DNA of 64,000 nucleotides. Source: Eimeria praecox. Lineage: Eukaryota. How positions within the stretch are numbered: the first letter of the stretch is position 1; every line of letters starts with the position of its first letter. Shown one piece after another: positions 43,653-56,900 of the stretch. The stretch is taken from NCBI GenBank assembly GCA_963920595.1, contig OY986946.1, forward strand, positions 6,262,001 to 6,326,000, in the 5' to 3' direction. The notes below the pieces were generated by a model, which saw only the letters and a program-made list of their open reading frames with translations, made no database searches and had not been told where the DNA came from. The translations under genes were made by a program, and so were the position numbers.

Positions 43653-46600
43653 TGCTCTAGAAATAAGAAAAGTGAGAAAGCCAAAGAGGCGGCAGTCTCA
43701 GTGCAGTGTTCCCAGTCACGCGTGTAGAGCCGGACGAGGCGGGGGCCAGTGACTGTTGAGGTCCGCCTTGCCGCTCGGGCGTGTGGGCTCAAAAAGGCAG
43801 TGCTTTTCTCAGCAGAAGACAAACAAAGGCCACACTTTCTGTGTAATGTACTGTTTCTTCCGAATATAAGGCTCAGAAGCAGCCAGCAGATATCAATCCA
43901 GAGCTGGCCGCCTGCTAGCCCAGTGGGTTGCACGCTGCCGAAACTACCCGGTAGCGTAGGCGGTGAAACGAGAAAACAAGAACAAATTACTTCTTTATCG
44001 AAAAGCATCAAGCAACCAAAGCCAGTGGTGTTCTCGAACGTGATCTAGAACCTTGCAGGGCGGAAGCAGATCACGCAGCCGACAGTTCGAGTTACCCACT
44101 GCAGGCTACAGGCGAGTCGCCGCCCAGGTCGTCAAGGGCTTGGTAGGGGAACTGCTGAGGCAGTTGGTATAATAAGTCCTAGTGAATCGAAGAAGAAGGA
44201 TAATGAGTCACATTTAAGGGGCTTTTATGACATATTCTGAGAAAGCTGCCGCTCATCCACACTCGGTGCGAAGCTGCTTTCCAGCAAGGCTAAACCCTCA
44301 TCGATACAGCTAATTGCGTACAGCGCTAAGGAGCTCCGAGAATTAAAAAGCGGCAGTATATCCTTGTTGCTTCTCTCTTTGGGGGAGGCAGATATTTAAG
44401 AAGGGCTCTTGGGGAGCACGACATGGAGGGCACTATTAGGTAGTGAATGCGTGCGACTAAGAACATGCTGCGTAGGCCCGAAGCAAGGTCTTCCTTAATG
44501 CAATTGCGCACAGTCCTTGGTTATGAATCGTCAGATTTATGAGTGGATAGGAAAAGAAAGGTGAAGTGCTCCTTGCTGCAGCCAGTCACACCAACCACGT
44601 GGTTGGTGCTGATCAGGGGCCCGAGCAGTGCCGGCGGAACAAAAGCGAAAGTAACTCCCTCAGCTTTGCTGAGCAAATGGTTTAGAGGCTTTAGGACTGC
44701 AGATCATGCACGAACCAAGCAGCTTCTCTAGCTTGAACTTCCAAGCGTGCTTTGACAAGAAGTGGCTTTGGGTAGGCAGGCCCAACGCCGGTGAAGCCAT
44801 TCAAGAATTGAGTTAATTAGCCCCTGTGCGCGTGAATGCGGAAGAAGGTCACCCACATTACTGAGTGAATAACTGTGAAACTTACTGGCTCACTGAAAAG
44901 TTTGGTTCTCCACCGGAGTGGCTGCCACGTAGAATATGTTCACGTGAATTGGTGCACAAACAGAACAAGAAGCTTGCACGAACAAACTTTGGCGAGGTTA
45001 AAGAAAGATGGCACCATCCACTAATTGTGAAAGGCGCGCTTCGCCTTTTCCAGCGCCCTCCAAACGGCGATACGAACACTCCCCGTGAGCTGTGTGGAGC
45101 AAGAAAGTAAGGGGGTCCGTAAAATGCCTAAATAGTGTCTGCAATGTGCTCCATTTGAGTTGCGCTGAAAAAACGTGGTACTCTTCCCTCCACTTCCTGT
45201 TCGTCCCCCTGCTGTAAGTGCGGCTTGGGTTCTCGTTCTCAGTTTCCTGCTATATAAGAAAGCGGCGGGAGTTGAATTATACTTTAGAACGGTAGCTTGG
45301 CATTGTGAAGCAGTGTGCTAACGTGCCGAGGAGGCTTGAAGGCTCAAGAGGACTCGCTGATCGAGGGTATTTAAAGGAAGAAAGCTCCAGTAACGCGTAA
45401 CGAGCGACAGAGCCTCAGAGCCTACGCGAGTTGCTTCCCACTACTACACTATGCAGCCTTCTCGGAGATATTTTCTCATTTTTCCTGCCATTTTCCTATT
45501 TGTGTTTCTGCACTAGTTTGTTATTACATAAAGAGCCTCTGTATTTTATCGTTCGTTTTTTGAGTCCTTTGTCTGTCGAAGGCTGTCAGTGCATCAATAT
45601 TCATCTGGAAAAAAATTTGAACATTGTTGCACACAAATGTGCAGCCACACAGTGCCAGCTGAACGTACTGCTTAGTATGCAGGCAAATATTGTTTAGCGT
45701 TTCTCATCTGCTGCTCAATGCCTGATTAGACGGCAACATCAATTGCCACTGATTATGGCTTGGCTTCACGTGTTGATGCGTGTGGCGTGAGCCCCTGCGT
45801 AAGGTAGTGCAAAAGAAATAGAGTGGCTGCCTCTTCGCTCTGTCTCGAAAACCCTGAGCAACGATGCTGTGGATGAGGATGTGTAAAAGGCTTGCAGGAA
45901 GCTGTAGACCATGGGGATTTATTCTTCGCAGACAGTCGTAAGTCACTATCTGTATCTTTCCTGTTGATTTGTCCATATCCGATGCTTCCAGCTGCTCCCC
46001 CATAGTTATGGTATCTGAGCTTTCCCTTTTTGCTAATGTGCATGTCGTTACAAGCCAGCATTGGCACCTGGCAGTGAAGCTGTAGGCATCATAGACACGA
46101 ACAATCAAAAGCAGTTTGAAGGAGGCATCTACGACAGTGTCGTCGCATAGAATTTGCCCTCAGTAACCACGAACTTAGCCGAAACAGTATACAAAGGAGA
46201 CTGGAGTTATCGCATGCTCCCTTCTCTTCCCTGAGTGTAACAGGGGCAGCCCGAAGCCATCAAGGGGGTTGGCCTCCCCCTGATATTGAATGCTCCGGCC
46301 TGCATCTGATGAGCTAGGCATAGCAGTTTGTGAACTGAAGTGCAGTGGACAGATGATCAAGAAGATGTGCAGGTACGAGGAGCGGTATGGTGTTGCTGCA
46401 AAGCTCAGCCTGCCGTTCAAGCGGCTCCCTTCATACCAGTTCCAAAGCCCTAAAAAAACGTCTGATTTTCCTTTCCTTTTTGGATACTTATTCTCAGAAA
46501 ATCAGGTTGTTTCGGTCAGGCCCATCTGTGTAAAGCTACTAGAGGGTTACTCGAGGTATCGAGCTCTAGGTAATGCATACAAGGTTGCCGTATTATGTAG

Positions 46601-47179
46601 TTTTGTGTATTCGAGCATGTTTCTGCCTTGCGTTCAATGACGCACGTGCCAAGCTCCGAATTTTCTCACAATACTATACAAGTTGCACTGGTACACTACG
46701 TGGAAGTTTCGCAAGCCTTCCATGCTCGATGGATCTTCTCCTTTCCACTACTGGGATGTCATATGTTACTCCGTTTGATAGACCTTCTCTTTCTCACTTC
46801 TTATAATCGCCACAAACTACTGAATTTGATAATTCGTCCCTTCCTTTGAAGTGACTCCGCCAGGTTGAATACACAGGCTTTTCCAGCCCCAGTCAAAGGC
46901 AGCTGTGCCTTGTTAGCTGTAAGGTGAGGCCCCTCTCCTCAAGTAGTGGTAGTAAAATGGTAATCTGATGCAGTTAATAATTCTTTTGTATTTCTCTATG
47001 CTGTTTTTCTTGAGCCTTCATAGAGAGTTCCCGGCTTACCGCGGTGGGGGGCACTACCACTCCTTCTCTGTGCGTACGCCTGTCGAGGACTCAGCAGCTT
47101 CTCCCCAATGACTTCTTCTCATCTTCTTGTCTCTTCTTCTCCTCCGTTGTCCCACTGAATTTATAGGGCCTCGCGAGGA

Positions 47180-50100
47180 ATGGCTGTGTGGCCATCCTCC
47201 CTGTCTTGCTGCTTCTGTCTTGCCCCAGCTCGCCCAGTCGGGGCCCCCCTGTTGCAGCGCACTCTCTGCGTGGGGCCTCCCTGTGGCTCTCTGCGTCTGT
47301 GTGAATCCCACCTTGACCGTGCTGGAGCGCGTAGCCGGCTTTTCCCTCTCCCATTTACGTCCTGCCGTCACCGACCCCTCCCCTCCCTGGAAAGGCACAG
47401 ACAGGAAGGTCTAGCCCGTTTGCCTGTTCGGCTTCCGTGCGTTCACGTAAGACGAAGAGAGGCGTGGGGCTCGTACGGGCTGTGGCCGGCTTGCAGCAAC
47501 CTGGGGTCGTTACCTCACTCGGTCCCCGCCGGCCCTTGCCTTCCTTTAGGGGCTCATGGAATCGCTTCTGTGGGAGGCCCACCCCCACAGACCATTCCTC
47601 TGCGACGGCGCCTACGCGCCATTAGACGTCTTGACCCTAAATTCGAAAGCCAAGTGCTGAGAGAGGGTCTCGGGAAGCCCCGTTGCCAGCGGGCGCAGCG
47701 TCTCTTGAAAAGAGGTGTGTGGTGGGTTTGCGAGCCATGAGGTGTTTGCTCTTCCACCTCCTTATCTTATTCTTTGACAGCCGTCGGCGAATTGACAGCT
47801 CTTGAGCAGCCACCTGATTGCCTACGCCATCTCCCACCTTGGGCCCCCGTGGTGCTTGTGTTTTGTGTCTAGGGGACCCCCAGTCGATCTCGGCACGGTG
47901 CCCTTTCTTCTTGCAGCAGCTGAAGCCTCGCCTGCGGCTATGGAAGAAGGCTCTGACCGCGGAGGAGCTTCCGCCTCCTTTGTATCCTGAGGTAAGACCA
48001 TGCGACTGAGGCAGGCGGACACTGCAAAGCCTGCAGCTGGGGCGGGGGAGAAGGGACGTGGGAGAGAAGGCGTTGGGTTTAAAGGGTTTGTTTTGTTTCT
48101 TACGGGGATTTGTGCGCTGCATGCTTTGGTGGTTCCGCCGTTAGTAGGGGGCAGCCGAAGGCGCGAGGGAACGTTTGAAGAACAGGATGGGGTGCGCGGG
48201 GCGTGGGCTCCTAGGAAGGAGGCGGGGGAGGGAAGGCAGGAAGGAAGGAGAGCGGACAGCGTGTTGCTTTGGTGGGGTTGTATTTGGTGCAGGTAGCCTT
48301 CGCGGGTCGTTCGAATGCTGGGAAGAGCACTCTACTCAATGAGCTCTGCGGGCGCAGCGGCACCGCCGCAGTGTCGCGTCGGCCAGGCAGCACCCAGTCG
48401 CTGTTTTTCTTTAAGGTGGGTCTGTATATGCCAGAGTGAGCGAAGGCACTCCCTGACTGTCAGCTTCCTCCCCCAGCCTCGTTTTGCTGACGCAGTTAAG
48501 CCTTATAACAGGGAGAGGGTTGGAGCAGGCAGACCCACAAACGCAGCAAGCAGGAGAGGGGCACTGAAGCGGTGTTGCATGGGCAGAGAAAGGCAGCAAT
48601 AGCAACAGGGGTAGTCGGGACGCCGCTGAGGACTGGTGAGGGGAGAGGGCAGGGCTGCCTGTTGTTCGTTTCAGGCGGGATCTCCCTGTTGTTTGTGCCT
48701 GGTGGACCTTCCTGGCTATGGCTATGCTGAGGCGGAGGCAGCAAAGAGGCTGCAGTGGACAGAGATGTCCCTCTTCTACCTCAAGGCTCGCCCGTGCGTC
48801 TCCTCCGCTCCAACCCCATAGGGTCTCAGCGTGTTCACAACCTCCAACGCAGTTGTTGGCTTTGCTGAAGGATTGCAGAGGCCCAAAGAAACATTGAAGC
48901 AGGTGCAAATACCCTGGTGTAGAGAGCTGATCAGAGAACAAACCGCGTGGTGCTGTCCCTGCTGTTGTGTTGTGTCAGGAATCTCAAGCGTGTCTTCCTC
49001 CTTGTGGATGCGCGTTGGGGGCTGAAGGCAAGCGATATTTGTTTGTTGTCTTTCTTCGAGCGTCACCGCATTCCTTTCCAGCTCGTGCTGACAAAGGCGG
49101 ATCTTCCGGAGCAGAAATCCCTCATCAAGATCCTCCAGATCGTGCGGTTGCAACAGCCCCTGTACCCTGAACTGTTACGTGCAGTGCAGAGCTACTGTAT
49201 TTGCTTTCACGTCCCTCAAGCCTTGCCTGCGGGGCAAGTAACAGCATCATCTGCTGCAGCTAGGCAGCTGCTCCATTCGGTCTTTTCTGGACCCGAAGAC
49301 TGGAGGACAGGGTGTTGTTAAGCGTATGTGTGGTGCTTGAGGACGGGATTTCTGGTGGTGCAGGCTTCAGAGGAGGTCAAGAAGTTCAAGGGATGTGCTG
49401 GCCCGCCATTGGCCGTCAGTGCTCTGCGCCATAGAGGCTTGGACCCTCTTCGAGCGGAAATAGAGAAGCTGCGCCTATCAAAGGAACTGGTCATTGGCAG
49501 ACTCCGCCTCAAGGCGAGCAAAGGGGGGGGGGAGGGCTGTTCATAGGCTTCTCTATTCTCTGCATATTCTTCCTTGTCGCCCCCTTGCTTGCATGCTTTC
49601 TCTACAGAAAGCTGTCTCAGCTTCGTGAAGGATAGTGCCGGTTACAGAGCAGTAATGGCGGTGCGGCAGCTGTTTGGTGGGCTTAGCAGGGCACGAAGGT
49701 GGAAGTGAGTGGTGTTGTGCTTTGTTTGCATCATACAGGCAGCCAATTTGGCCGAGGCGCGGCGCTTAAAAAAGGAGGCTCGCAAACGAGAGAAGGCCAT
49801 GAGGTCTTCTCCCGCAGCTGAACAGACAAAAACGACGGCTGTGTCAGGGCTAGCAGCAGCAAGTGCTCCAGCGGAGCAGGAACAGCCGCAAGGGGAGCAG
49901 CAGGCACAAGCTTTAGACAACCCTGTTGCCCGCGCTCTAGATCGCTGGGGAGCCTCCATTGCCGGCGTCGCCAGCGGCTTGCTGAGTCGACGACAGACCC
50001 ACGGGGAAGATGCCTTAGCTGGTGATAAACTTTACGGGAGTGCTGCAGCGCAAGATCCCACCAGGGCTCAGGGCGAAGGCCATACAAAGCTCCGACCGCT

Positions 50101-52634
50101 GGGGCTAGCTTCCGCCTCTCCTCAGGCTGGAGCGGGAGCTGAGGCACTGGCTGGAACTGAGTTCGATGAGGAAGAGGTGTTAGCGCTCAAGGAAAAGAAT
50201 TCGTTGAGCTCCGCTGTCGCAGCTGCCGTGGATAGAGCCGCAGGGACGTTGCCGCTGCCGGATATATCTTGCGCTGAAGCCCTGATACGGGATTTGCTGC
50301 CTGCACCTTCTCGTCAGACTTGGCAGGTACACGAGCCTACACCGCCGCAGGCGGAACCATCAGCAGAGGATCTTCCCGAAATGTCTGCTGGAGAGATGAA
50401 CCCCGATGCCATTCCCCCCCTTGTGCCCGCCCCAGAAGTTTCGCACTCGAGGCCTCTTGGTGAGGTGGCAAGGGCTCACTCGGATCCCGCGGATTCAACA
50501 TGGGCCGCCACAGTGTATCAAGAGATTCGTCTCAAACCTCCAAAAGCTTCCGATGGCTCTGCAAGGTTGCCTAGTTGCGGGCCGCAGGGAGTCGGTCTCG
50601 AGGGGTACACCGACTGGGACGCGTCCCTAAAGGCCCCTTTTCCATCGGCTGAGGTATCTGCCTTGGCAGTGGAGAGTCTAGAACAGAAAGAAGCGCAGCA
50701 GCAGCTATCAGGAGAACAGAACTCTAGCACAGCAGTGCAGGACCACCCCTGGGAGGCTCCAGCTCGACCCGCCAGCAAACGACCGCTAGACCTCCTCCGC
50801 GCTAATGACTGGCGGGCCCGACGCGTTGGGCGCGCCGCTGTGGAAATTGACATGGCACTTCGTGAAACGCAGGGCATAGAGGATGTCTACTTGACGTCTT
50901 GCGGAGATGATGACAAGAGTGACGCATTAGGGAGGTCGCCATACCTATCCGGAGCGGGCAGAGAATTGACACCTGAAGCCGAAGGTTCTTCAGGGGCCCT
51001 CCCAGACTTGGGTGCTGTACTCAGCGCACAGCAGCGCCAACAGCAGCAGCGGCAGAGGCAGCACAGTGCTTACAAAGGCGCCGGCGTGAGGCGGTTGCCG
51101 TCGAGGGCAAGCTTAGGTGGCGCTGTCTTTCTTGATGAAGAAACGCTTGCGGCTGAGGACCTCGGGTGCAGCATAACGCGTGCAAGAGGCCGCATTGGAA
51201 GCCCTCCAGACCCATCGAATTACACTGGGGCCCACGAGCTCGACATGCAGCGCAGCTTTGACCAGAAATGGCGACACGAACTCTTGCCAGTCGGTGCGTC
51301 TCCTCAGCTGAACCGGAGGCCCTCTCGTACGTTCTGTACCCACCTCAACAGGGGATTGATTACTCTCTCAAAGGGCACTGCAGTGTGTTCCTTTGCACGT
51401 GTAACAGGTGGCGTTTCCCCGGCCAGCAACACCGGCAACAACAAAGCTGCAGAACGGCAAGGCACTGCGGGCGGTGCACAGAGGAAGGCGGGTAAGCTAC
51501 CTGTGCACGGCTCAGGGGTGACCCTTGTTGTCTCAGTGTTGCACGCGTCCCATCCCTCGCGTTGAGCCCCGGCATCCCGCTAGTTCAATTTTCCGCCGAT
51601 CTGGGCGTAGGCTTTTTTTGGTTACATTTTCGGTGCAATAGATCGCCTTTCAGCCATTCAGGCCGCTGCAGAAGAACCTGTTGTGGCGTCTTTCAGAAAG
51701 GTCAAACCCTTTCCGCATTCCTGAAGATTATATAGGCACTAGCGAAGATCGCGCCAAACCGACAAAGAAGCGCCTGGCCCTTGAGATTCTCCAGCAGAAG
51801 GCTCAAGAGGCCCACCGGCCGACCGATAGTTCCCAAGGCGCTGAGGAGAGGAACCGCAGGACTGCCGATTCGCTCTTGTTCTCCGCGGCACAGCGGCGCC
51901 AGGAACGCCGCCTAAAAGAACTCGCGAAGAAGACTAACACAAGGCAGGGTCGCTCAAAGGAAATGACTTGGGACGTCGCCTACAGAAAATGGGCTCGTTG
52001 GGCAAGGGCACATCCAGCGCTTGCCAGGTGAGGACTGCCACAGATCTTCTCGAGACTCATGAGCCCCTGCGTCCACGCATATTCCTTTAGGCCCTTATTT
52101 TTACACTTATCAGGCGCAAACAAGCCTACAGTCGTTGGGGGGGCCGCTTATGTTGGGAGGAACCTGCAGCTCTGACATCCTGTTATTTGCTTTCCATGTT
52201 CTTCACCTGTTGCTTAGGGAATCACCGCGGCCGTCGAAGGCACAGCTGTTTGCAGATTTCAGGTGGGCCAGCATGACTTGTTGGATAGTGTTCCAGACAG
52301 GACTGACCCGTTCCTTTCGTTCTGATTGGGGTTGGGGAATGATTGTATATCTTGCGAATAGCGGATGTTGCCTGGTTTCAACAGTGTGAGCAAGACTGGG
52401 TTCAACTATGATGTTGGCTTAATCCGCCTCCTCACGTGTGCTTTTTTGCGCGACGACTGATTTCTTGGCAGACAAAAACTAGAGAAGAAGGCGAACAGGC
52501 AACGCAAGATGGTGCATCAGAAAAATCCGGTGGCCCATGCGAGGGCAGCAGGAGGCCGGAGCACACCTCGCCAAAGCATCGAAGAAATCCGGAGGGAGGC
52601 TCGGGAAGTATGTCTGCAAGAAGCAAGTCGGTAG
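47180..52634 (+). CDS. engB: EngB/YihA (YsxC) ribosome-biogenesis GTPase, probably organellar, with long N- and C-terminal extensions
   Basis: Exons 47180-47714, 47873-47991 (LPPPLYPE), 48293-48415 ([17 protein letters not shown]1; RPGSTQ G2), 48675-48793 ([11 protein letters not shown]3), 48979-49141 (FLLVDAR; LTKAD G4), 49364-49513 (VSA G5), then 49739 onward with terminal exons ~51650-52027, ~52217-52263 and 52471-52634. The C-terminal joins are less certain. Confidence 0.9.
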
Positions 52635-53392
52635 TCGCAGCAGCTTCCCCTGGCTGCAGCGACCCTGCTACAGCATCCCTCGCAACTCAACGGGGTAGCT
52701 GTCACTGCTGCCTGTAAGTGCCATGCCCTAAGCAAAAGAACCTAAGCGCCTTGGTACTACGCGGTTGCTGAAGACTGTCATTAAGAGGGACCTTCTAACT
52801 CGAGTCTAGCTCCCTACGCAACAATATGCTGGAACCTGAGCCGAGCCTATGTGAGCGGCCAGCGCCTTGGGAGAAGCTATTTCACCTATTTGCTAGCGAA
52901 TACACGCCTTACAAATGCAACCAGAACTGGACCGCGGCTCCGAATGGAAGCGAGTCAGCTAACCCACCACGCAACAAATACAGCAAGCACGGCTTAGAAC
53001 CGTGCTGAGGCTACTAAGACTCCTGTCCACCCCTTTTTCAAGACCCGCATACGGCCCATCCGAATCGGGATTTGTGCCGTTTTAGGAACAAACTGCCCCA
53101 AGTCACTACGCTGCGCCCCAGGTTAGTCGTCACTCTCGACGGCTCCCAAATGAAGTCATTTGCCGTGTCTACGGCTGCCGTGTCACGCTGCCTGCAGACC
53201 AACGGAGCACAGTGGCTCCTGCCAGAGGCGCGAGCCACGATAGCCACAACAGATCAGGTGTGTCTGGCACAGTTCCTCGGGGGGAGCTGTGGTGTACGAA
53301 TACGCACACGTTCTCAAAACACGGGCATCTGGCATTCTTCAACTACGAGCCAGGCTGGAAAACAGCTCGGAAGGCAACTTGAGAATACTCAA

Positions 53393-53983
53393 TCACTGCG
53401 ATGCCTCAGCGCTCTCTTCCTTGGCAGCGCCTTCCTCCTTTGTAGAGCTTTCGCCATTGTCAGAGCTTTCCTCCTTAAGGTATTTGGGCATCCTGAAGTC
53501 GTCCACGATCTCCTGCGATATGGCAACGTGAGCATCCGACGGCAACTCCACACCATCCGGGCCTGTGACGCTCACCCTCGAAAGCTTGCAATCAACGGCG
53601 GGGAAGCTCTGCATGCGCGTTTGGAAGGCACCAGTCTCGTCCTCCGCATTGACAATGACGTGGTTTTCGCCTCCAAACATGGAGATAAGCACGACCAGCT
53701 GACCTCCCTCGGGTCGCAGGCGCTCGGTGGCCGGCAGTGTAATGGGTTCTCCACTTGGCTTTTGTACCTGCACTGAATTTTCAGCAAAATCCACATTAAC
53801 CTTGAAGCAGCTGACAACATCTACGGTAATCTTGGGTGGTGACGTGGGGGTTGAGAACTTGATTGATCCATTTTCAGGCCATGGTATGGACTTCTCTCCA
53901 AATGAAGGTATCTTCTCGGTCACTGCGTCTGCGGAGGACAGGAAGGCTGCCAAAATGGCGGAGATCGCCCCCAAGCTTCTCAT
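53393..53983 (-). CDS. Secreted 196-aa protein with a putative MIC1/M2AP-type galectin-like domain and acidic tail
   Basis: Single exon; signal peptide MRSLGAISAILAAFLSSADA; beta-rich domain with exactly two Cys (KITVDVVSCFKVNVDF ... DCKLSRVSVTG); acidic C-terminus. Confidence 0.75.
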   Translation of the reverse strand: MRSLGAISAILAAFLSSADAVTEKIPSFGEKSIPWPENGSIKFSTPTSPPKITVDVVSCFKVNVDFAENSVQVQKPSGEPITLPATERLRPEGGQLVVLISMFGGENHVIVNAEDETGAFQTRMQSFPAVDCKLSRVSVTGPDGVELPSDAHVAISQEIVDDFRMPKYLKEESSDNGESSTKEEGAAKEESAEASQ

Positions 53984-56900
53984 GGTCAGGACTGGTTTGT
54001 GTGCGCGGGTGGCGGCGAGTGATGGCACCTTCTTTGGAACCAGAAGCTCTGGGTTCACGGCGAATACTCACTGCCAACCCAAAAAAGAAAAATTACAGTA
54101 AAGATTCGCTGAAGTGAAATAATGCAAGGAAGAAACGATGCGAGGATTGATGGAGGCTACGCTGGACCGGCCAGGGAATTGGCTTCGCCCAACAGGTTTT
54201 CTGATGATAAATGCTTGTTAAAGCGTTGATAAAAATCAAAAAACACTTCGTGGAAGTTACTGTAAACTTAGGGAGTTTATTGCCTCTTGAATGCCCGATT
54301 TGTTCGGACTTCTGCCAGCGCACCTAGACGCGTGCGCTCAGTAGCTCAGTAGCTAGCGCTAGTCCGGGCCCATGTGAGTGCTCCATTTGTACAGTATGAC
54401 TTCCCGGGGTTAAAGAAACGCATATTTGTCATCCCTTTCCTTGGAATTGTGCAAAGATAGTTCGTGCTTAATGACTGAATCGATGTTTGCAGTCGCTTAA
54501 CAACAATGTGTTCGATGATCTCGATTCCTTCAGCAGCTCGGCGCGAAATCTGTACAGGAGGAGGCAAGCTGCATGCCCGCGAAGTATGCTTTTTCTATCA
54601 AAAGTATACGCATTTACTTTTGTAGATAATCATACTAAAGACCAGCAAAGGATATTCGCTGAATCTGGTCGCTTAAACTTACCTGTCCCCCCGTGAGCAC
54701 CGTCTAGCTCTATTGCATCCTTTTCCAGTTGGTAGAATAGTGTAGGGTATTTTATGCTCGAACTATAGCAAATCAATATGCATACTCGACGAAATGGGGA
54801 TTCTTGCAATACCCATTATGGTGTATCGGTTCCTGATATTGATAACTAGGATTTTCCTCTTTGAATCTGGAAATGCAGCCTGAAACAGCAGCAACAGAGT
54901 GGGCTTGCGGGAATAGTTTTGTTTCTGAAGAGAGGCCCTCCATCTTAGACTGCTATGAGCTCTTAGAGAGTCTGAGACTCACGAGTCCCAAAACTGGTAC
55001 CGAGGGAAGCCGATTTATCGGGAGCTTCAACGAGCCTTGTTGCAACCAGTACCGCGAGGCAGCCTCTAGTGCAAGCTCAACAAATCTCCATTTTGGTACA
55101 AGAGCTAACACTGTAGAGTGCAGTGTAGAGAGTTATTACACACTTCCTTGGCCCTCTATAACCGGCCTGTGCTCAAGTTGAAGTGCCAGTACCAACCTCA
55201 CATCTACCCCCCCTAATCTCCCAAAGGAAGGCATGTCCTCATGTGCCTAATTACCCATAAGCAAAAACTGCAAGACGAAATAGCCTGGGGAGGAGGCAGG
55301 CTAGAGACATCTAGGGTTTCCAACTCGCCATGCTGCTACCCCTGCTGAGCCGTTTTGCCTGCCCAGCGGGGTGGCCACTAGTCGTGAACGGCACTCTATG
55401 CCGTTTGGGTTGGCTGTCAGCAGCAAGATGGAAAGCATGGAAAAATCTTCTGGCAGCGCGTGACAACAGTACGCGCGTGGGCAGGGGTCATGCCGACTCC
55501 AAAGTGGTATGGCCCAGCACTAAACTAATAAATTAAAACGGTTTTCGGCGGCAGCGGCGGCCTAGCTGTAGGTACAGGGATGTTCTACATCCTAGGGGGA
55601 AACTCTCGGAGCAGAAGAGCGCGCACGCGTGAGATACGACCGCTCCTTCACCCTGGTGTAACAAAGGTCAAAAAATTGTTGGCAGCCCCAGTTTATGCTG
55701 GGCTGCGCATACCCGTACTTGAAGTGATACCCGCTGAGTCATGGAGAGCGCAGCACTACAATGTTGAGCAGGAAAAACCTTCCAAAGTAATATAAAAGCA
55801 CAATAAGTACCGCTGATGTGAAACTGGAAAGTTTTCAGTAGAAATCTTATCTCTAAAGGAGACTAGGCCCAGGATGCAGTACTTGTAGGCTCACAGCATG
55901 CGGCTGACAGTGGCGCTAACCCTAGCAAAGCCGCTTGGCACAAGGAGGTAATAAGTGTTTTCAAAGAGGGAAATTATTCTCCTTTTAGAGGAGGAGGCTC
56001 ACATTACGACGACTTGAGTTTTTAGCATGTTTGTTTCTGCATCTTCTGTGAGTGATGGAAGGAACCCACTTCCATAACTAGTAAGGGAATATACGTAGGA
56101 GCAGATCATGGCTCATCCCACTCTACATAGATGCTTCAAAGGAACTGTTTGAAACTATAGATCCCTAGATACCCATTAGGTGCCCCTTCGGGCCGTTACA
56201 ATCATGTCCAGGATCTCTGTCTCCTCCAGGTTTTACATCGTTCTTTGGCATAGCTGCCTTTTGGTGGAGACTTTGGAGAATTCTGAACGCTTGCCTAAAT
56301 CGACTGAGAAAGCCAATATTAACGGTATGATGACATCGTCACGTTGGGGATAGGTCTACGCTGTAAACTAACAGGTCAAGTGGAGAGTGAACAGCAGCTG
56401 GCCTTACCGAACGGAAAGCTATTTTCTTCGGATGCTCGTTGCCATGCGCGCTTTGAAAAGCGTGCGAATCCACCAAACCCAAGTGGCTAGGCTGCAAACT
56501 ACCTCTGTACTTCGTTTGTCACGGTTTTTTGCATGGCGTTATTTGTGCCCTCTTCGTGTCGGTGCAAGCCGTGTACGGAAGCCGGCAGCTGCAGGCGTAA
56601 GGAGCACATCTTAGGCAATCAGAGGAACCCAGTCACCTACTTAACCGTTGCATTAACCCCTCAAAGATCCGCTAAACCATGATCGTGCATTTTGAACGGC
56701 ATTTCCATACAAAGGGAAGCTGAAATTTATAATGTGCAGAGTGCGCGTTTCATCTGGCACCAAGCGAGATCGCCGTCGGTGGTGTAGCGCTTAACCCATC
56801 GCAGGTTGCTGGGCTTAGCAGCAATCGCATTCTCGTGAATCTCAATGGAGTAAGAAGGACGCAATTCTGAGAGGAAACGGGAATCATGGTAAACAAGAAC

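Noticed and set aside
44100..47050. Short ORFs (45704-46108, 46290-46640) as a possible gene
   Set aside because: No motifs or consistent exon chain; probably promoter/UTR sequence between divergent genes.
53072..53776. 234-aa plus-strand ORF
   Set aside because: Antisense to the signal-peptide gene, non-ATG start and no recognisable features.
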